A stretch of 64,000 bases of DNA, taken from NCBI RefSeq assembly GCF_009914755.1, contig NC_060933.1. One strand, given 5' to 3'. A program made the translations under genes and the position numbers. The notes beneath the pieces are model-generated. The model did no database searches. It worked only from the letters and a program-made list of their open reading frames with translations, and was not told the DNA's origin. The stretch is from the human T2T-CHM13v2.0 reference genome, Homo sapiens. Positions 58,359-64,000 of this stretch are shown here, in pieces; position 1 is the first letter of the stretch, and each line of letters starts with the position of its first letter.

Positions 58359-59627
58359 TGACCACAGTGTTTTGCATCTGTTTCAGAAAAACAAATGATA
58401 CCATTATTTAATATGCTGCAGTAACTAGAAGCCTACTTATAAAGTTGGTGGCAAATAAGTCATTGGTATATGTTAACTTCCTATAATCACTTACATGTTC
58501 CTAAGAGTCACTTTGTGTATTTATATAAGAAGGTCAGCATGTAAATGATTATAGAGAAACTTTTTGTTGAAAAGTAAGAAAGCTTGTCTCCCTTTTCCTA
58601 GTTATGAAGGAACCACCACCACAACAAAATAAAGCATACACTTTGTTTATAACCCTGAATCATGATTTATGGCCAGATTATCCTAGCATCCAACTGCCTA
58701 CCTTGGCATTTATCAGTTGAAATGAGTCCAGAGAAAGAATTTATAACAATAAGAATAACTGTTAGAATGCCAGTCCTATCAAGAAATGTTAGAAATATAT
58801 AAGCAAAACTCAAAAGTAAATATCACTGTTTGTCTAACCATATTCCATGCATAGCTTCTACTAGTGTTCCCCAGAATTGTCTGTTTTATCATTTCTCTTG
58901 ACTTTTGATACTTTTATTCATATATTCTCCATCCTCACTTAGTCCTTACTGTTTGTACTTCGGCATCATATCAACCCTATCTTGCCACTTAAAAGACAAA
59001 GTAATACTACTTTTTCAGTTTTTTTTCATTTAATGTAAGAAGTTATCATTTCCCCAATAGTGAAATGATGCAAAATGATTATTTCATGTATTGTCCAAAT
59101 GGGTTCAGGTTTGTGACAGTCTCAAACGCATCAGGGAGTAGGGACACCCTTCAGTTAAAGCACCAAGTTGTATTTTAATCTGTATTTTATTTTTAAAAAA
59201 GATTTTTTCTCAATATCACATAAACATTAAGCTTTTTATTTTACCTCTCTATTTACTTATTTACACGATTTAAGATTGAACATTTTTCGTTATCAAAAAT
59301 ATTTTCATAATATGTGTAAAATTGTTGAAATCTTAATTTTTCCAAAATGACAGCTGACTCCTCTTAAAGGTAATGGGAATCTTAGAATGTTATTTGCAAG
59401 TCAGTCTACAGCATTATTTTCATACATAAAATGTTGTGTACTAATTTTTGAAATATTTGTAAATTAAATAGGTCATTTTTCTTTCAGGAGAAAGGAGACT
59501 TTGAGAGATTTTTGTGCAGGAGAAGAGTAGTTTTAAAAATAGGTAGTTTGCAATAGGGCAGACTAGTTTTAAAATTCTAAAATGAGAACAAGTCAATAAG
59601 AGTCTCTTGATTAAATCTAGTGATCTT

Positions 59628-60260
59628 ATTATTTATTTATTAATTGACATGTAATAATTGTACATATTCATGGGGTACAATTTGATACCTGGATACCTAT
59701 CCATGTTGTATAATGATCCATTCAGAGTGAATCTATTATCTTACATATTTGTCATTTCTTTGTGGTGAGAACATTCGAAGACAACTCTTCAAGCTATTTT
59801 GTAATATACGATATTTCACTGTTAACCATACTTGCTCTACATGCAACAGAACACCAGAATTTATTGCTCTTATCTAGTTGTAATTTTATACCATCAATCA
59901 AAGTTTCCTCATCCTTCTTTTTGTCCTCCTGTCTTTAGTCTCTGGTAACATTTTTCTACTCTCTGCTTCTATGCTATTAACTTTTTAAAATATTTGTATT
60001 TTCTTTTTTTTTTAGACTCCACTTATGAGTGAGATCATGCTGTACTTGTCTTTCTGTGTCTGGCTTATTTCACTTACCACGATGTCCTCTAGATTCATCC
60101 ATATTGTCATAAATGGCAAGATTTTACTTTTTATGGCTAAAGAGTACTTCATTGTATACAGATAGTGCATTTTCTTTTTGCATTCATCTGTTGCCAGACA
60201 CTTCGGCTTATTCTGTATCTTGGCTATCATACATAGTGCGCAATAAAAATGACTAGGTGC
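59628..60260 (-). mobile_element. L1MA 3' end
   Basis: taattgtacatattcatggggtaca and ccacttatgagtgagatcatgc; ORF 60012..60293 resembles the ORF2 tail. Confidence 0.8.
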
Positions 60261-60825
60261 ATCGCAATTAGCTTTAAAAAGATGGAACGGCATTGTAAGG
60301 ACAGACCATGAATCTAAGCCCTTAGGTTGAATACTTAGGTTGAATAAAATTTTTGGAAGAAGTGGCTATTTGATGTATGTAATGAAAGGGATTCTTACAT
60401 GGCAGGTATTATTAGGAGAAAAAAAAGAGAGAGAAAGTTGAAGGAGAGGGGAAAACTGCCACAGCAGGTTAAGCAACTTGCTTTGAAATAATTGGGATTA
60501 GTAAGTGTGCAGAGATAGAACTGGTGATGAAAGAGTGAGACTGGAATTAGAAAGTAATTTGTAATACTAATGTTGCAGGTTGGGTCCTGGTTATGAGACT
60601 AAGCAGATGCTCATTCCTTGGAGCTATAACTGTGACCAGTGCCACATTAACAGATTTGGAAAATATGAGATTAACTATGAAGGTACAGAAAATAAAGGTA
60701 TTAAAATTCTTTCTATATTTTAGATCTAATTGTTAATAATATGGTATATACACATCCATACTATATTTTTTATATATATATATATAACATATGTATGCGA
60801 AAAGAGATGGTAAATAGAAAACATT

Positions 60826-61120
60826 AGCTGGGCATGGTGGCTTACACCTATAATCCCAGCATTTTGGGAGGTGGAGGCAGGAGGATACTTGAGCCCAGGG
60901 ATCTGAGACTAGCCTGGGTAATATGGCAAGACCATGTCTCTACAAAAAGTAAAGAAAAGTAGCTGGGCCTGGTGGCACACACCTGTCATCAAAGCTACTC
61001 TGGAGGCTGAAGTGTGAGGATCACTTGAATTCAAGAGGTCAAGGCTGTAGTGAGCTGTGTTCCAGCCACTGCACTCCAGCCTGGGTGAGAGCACAAGACC
61101 CTGTCTAAAAAAAAGCAAAA
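60826..61120 (+). mobile_element. AluJ
   Basis: Dimeric Alu; aaacatta on both flanks. Confidence 0.85.
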
Positions 61121-64000
61121 GAAAAAAGAAACATTATTGAGGAGAAGAGATAAATAGAGTCTTAGAAATTTGAATTGATACATGAGTAAAGAATGACCCA
61201 ATTATTTTATATCGGGAATGGGAAAATAAATTTTATTCAAGTCCACAATATAGTTTTTAAAGCATAGACAATATAATACAGGGGTTGGGGGCGTGGTTAC
61301 AACAATGTTAGAAACACTGAAAGAGCAAAAGGGGCCTGCTACTCCAGATGATGAGCAAATGAAGGAAGCCACTTCCATCCTTAACTGTGAAAAATGAGTA
61401 GGGGAAGGTGGTGCATTCTGGGTCCCATGATTCCAGACTGACCATTGGCCCTATTTGAGTGCAGCTGCTGTTAGGCAGAAACTCTGGACTCCAAACTCTC
61501 AGTAAAACTTCTGAAGACACTGCTGTTGCTATTGCAGCTGTCAGCACCATTGATTGAGCTGAGAAGAAGTCCAGAATATCACACTGACACCCACGCTGTT
61601 GGTTGTGTTTTTTTGAACCAGATTGAAATTAATATCTATTGTATGGTTCAATTTCTATGAAGTTCAATGTCAAGCAAATGTAATTTATAAAGATAAAAGT
61701 AAGAACAGTGGTTGCCTATAGTAATGATTGGAGGTTCACAATAGAGACTCCTGGATTCTAGTAATACTCAATTCATATTCATGTAGGTTGTGATGACATT
61801 AGTATTTTACATTCTAAAAATGTTTAATGCTATATGCTCAAGATCTGTGTCTTTCACATGTGCATATCATATTTCATATTTCAATTAATAAATCAGTAAA
61901 GAAGTTCCAGTTCAGGATACAATACTGTAGAACAATCCAAAATATTAATTTATTCTTAAAGTTTTTAAAATATTAGAATAAATACAGAGCATTTTGTTAA
62001 AACAATATGGTAAACCTAAATGTAAAAAAAAATTAAATTGAGTTAGGAATTTCAAAAAGACATTTCATGTGCCTTTTCAACTTTCAATTTCGTATGAAAG
62101 TTGAAAAAACTTGAAATCAGTAAGTGTGCATGTGTATGTAAAACAAAATTATTGCATATAAAAACTTTTTTAAGGCATCTAGAAAATGTTTAGCAGTGTG
62201 CCATAGTTTAGAGGCATTTTAAAATGCTTTTTAGTGGTACATAAAAAATTAATTAATGACAGAGTCTATGAAAAACAAGTAGAGCAGCTTGAAATAATTC
62301 ACATATTTTTCATGTTAAACTTTTAGGAGAAGTCCAGTGATGTCACGATAGCTCTACAATGTTGATTTATTTTGTCGCTTTCATATGCTTATTTTATATA
62401 TAAAATAGCTGAAAACAGCTATGAATTCTAAAGCATGGTAACAGGGGTAAAAGGTCACACACATTTCTTTTAGATGCTGCAAATATTGCTTCTGTTCACA
62501 CGTTATCGTCCAAAAATTAGTTACATTGCCTCATCAAAGTGCAAAGAGGCTGGTAAATGTACTTTAATTTGCTAAATGCCTTGCAAGATATAGGGATGTA
62601 TATTGAGGAGACAAAGAATGGAAGTGAGAATTACTTGTTATTTTGACTTCCAACTATCGGAGAACATTCCCAAAGAAATATTATACTAAATTTCTGCCTG
62701 AATAATTATTTCAGCATCTCTTTCATGGTCTTTGCTTAAGGGCAGTGCTTCCAGCTGAGGTTGCATGCAGTCTTATATTCCATAGACTAAATGTCTAGGG
62801 TAATTCAGACTTATAACCTAAGTTTATGTTACAACTTTTCTAACTTATGTTCCTTTGATGGAGTTTATCCTCATTGCCCCACCCCCCAAATGGTTTACTA
62901 ATAAAGTATAGTCTAAAACAGGAACATTATTCTTTTTATATTCTTTAATCTCCATTGAAATAAACACAATTTGTAGAATTATTAACTAATAGAAATTAAT
63001 TGAAAAGAAGCATCTTTCTTTTATATGAACAATGACACAGTTCAAATTTATCTTGAAAACAGTTTTAAGCACAAGTAATTACCCTGAATTTGTAAATAAC
63101 CCATTTATAAGTAGGTCAATAAGAAAACATTTCAACAAATTTCAAATGTGATATCATTTCTAGATCTTATGAAATAATGGAACATGTTTTGGAAGATAAG
63201 AGAAGTTTACTTAGCCAATAATAACAGGTCTCAATCAATTATTTTTTAACAGCTAGTTTATCCCTGGATATACCTTACTATATCCTGTTTTTAGATATGG
63301 CATTTGAAAACCTCCAAGAATATAGAGATAATTTTAATTGAGCTATTATGGTTAGTATTTATTTTTAAAGTTCTGAATTTTTTTAAAAAATTCAATATTC
63401 TATGGTATATTAACAAGATTGATTGGAATAATGCATTTTTTTAATGTAGTGGGTTGGTGATATGTTTTTCTGCTGAGAAAGAAGGCTGTTCATAATCTTA
63501 AATTATATTAGGTTTTAGAAACAACGAAAATTGTGGGATTCCCTTAATGGCTTTCTTACACTTGAGTTCTAAAATATTTATCAATCTCAAATATATTTTA
63601 CATTATGTTGAAAAATGACTATTAATAGTTTCTGCTAAAAAGAATTATCAACTTTTTATGCATCACCATTTCAGAGTTGGGCTTATAAAAATATCAGTAT
63701 CTGTCCTACATATATACCAATGTTTTTCAATTTTTAGTCAATTAAATATGTTTCATTGATTTTCTGCTGTGTGCCTAAAATTGTGCATGATGATATTATA
63801 GAAGGTACTGTGAGAAGGCTTAAAGCAGTATATTTAACCACTGCCTACCAGAGTAGTACATAGAGAAGCAAGCCTAATCTATAAGCAACAATGAGAGCAT
63901 GCTACAGATAACTTTTAATATTGTAAATATATATGATACAGATGATAAAATCTTTATGAAATAATCTATAGGAGAGGTGAAATGGGTCTCTGCCAGGAGA

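Noticed and set aside
58360-64000. AT-rich distal block
   Set aside because: Only old repeats recognised; no exon or other structure that I can support.

Overview
Primate (human or great-ape) genomic DNA, not microbial: a pericentromeric/acrocentric-type segmental-duplication mosaic. Positions 3176-31207 hold coding exons 1-11 of an ANKRD20A-family gene on the minus strand. All introns are GT-AG and the 1081 nt of spliced coding sequence are open (360 codons); the 3' exons lie left of the window. A CpG island with a degenerate ~310-bp repeat sits upstream. Further upstream, on the same strand, are two tandem copies of the first coding exon of GTF2I with an expanded EDEES repeat, and two unprocessed exons of the PARG catalytic region. 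Next come an old L1, a 1.25-kb CT-rich array, and a ~720-bp imperfect palindrome carrying outward-facing TATA boxes, CCAAT boxes and ACRO1-like units. The most interesting signal is that this mirror promoter and the PARG, GTF2I and ANKRD20A exons are co-oriented and partly phase-compatible, so they could form a chimeric transcription unit; this is inference and needs RNA data. The rest is Alu, L1, LTR, DNA-transposon and MIR repeats plus a U6 retrocopy. Gene and repeat-family names come from recall, not database searches, and repeat boundaries are approximate.
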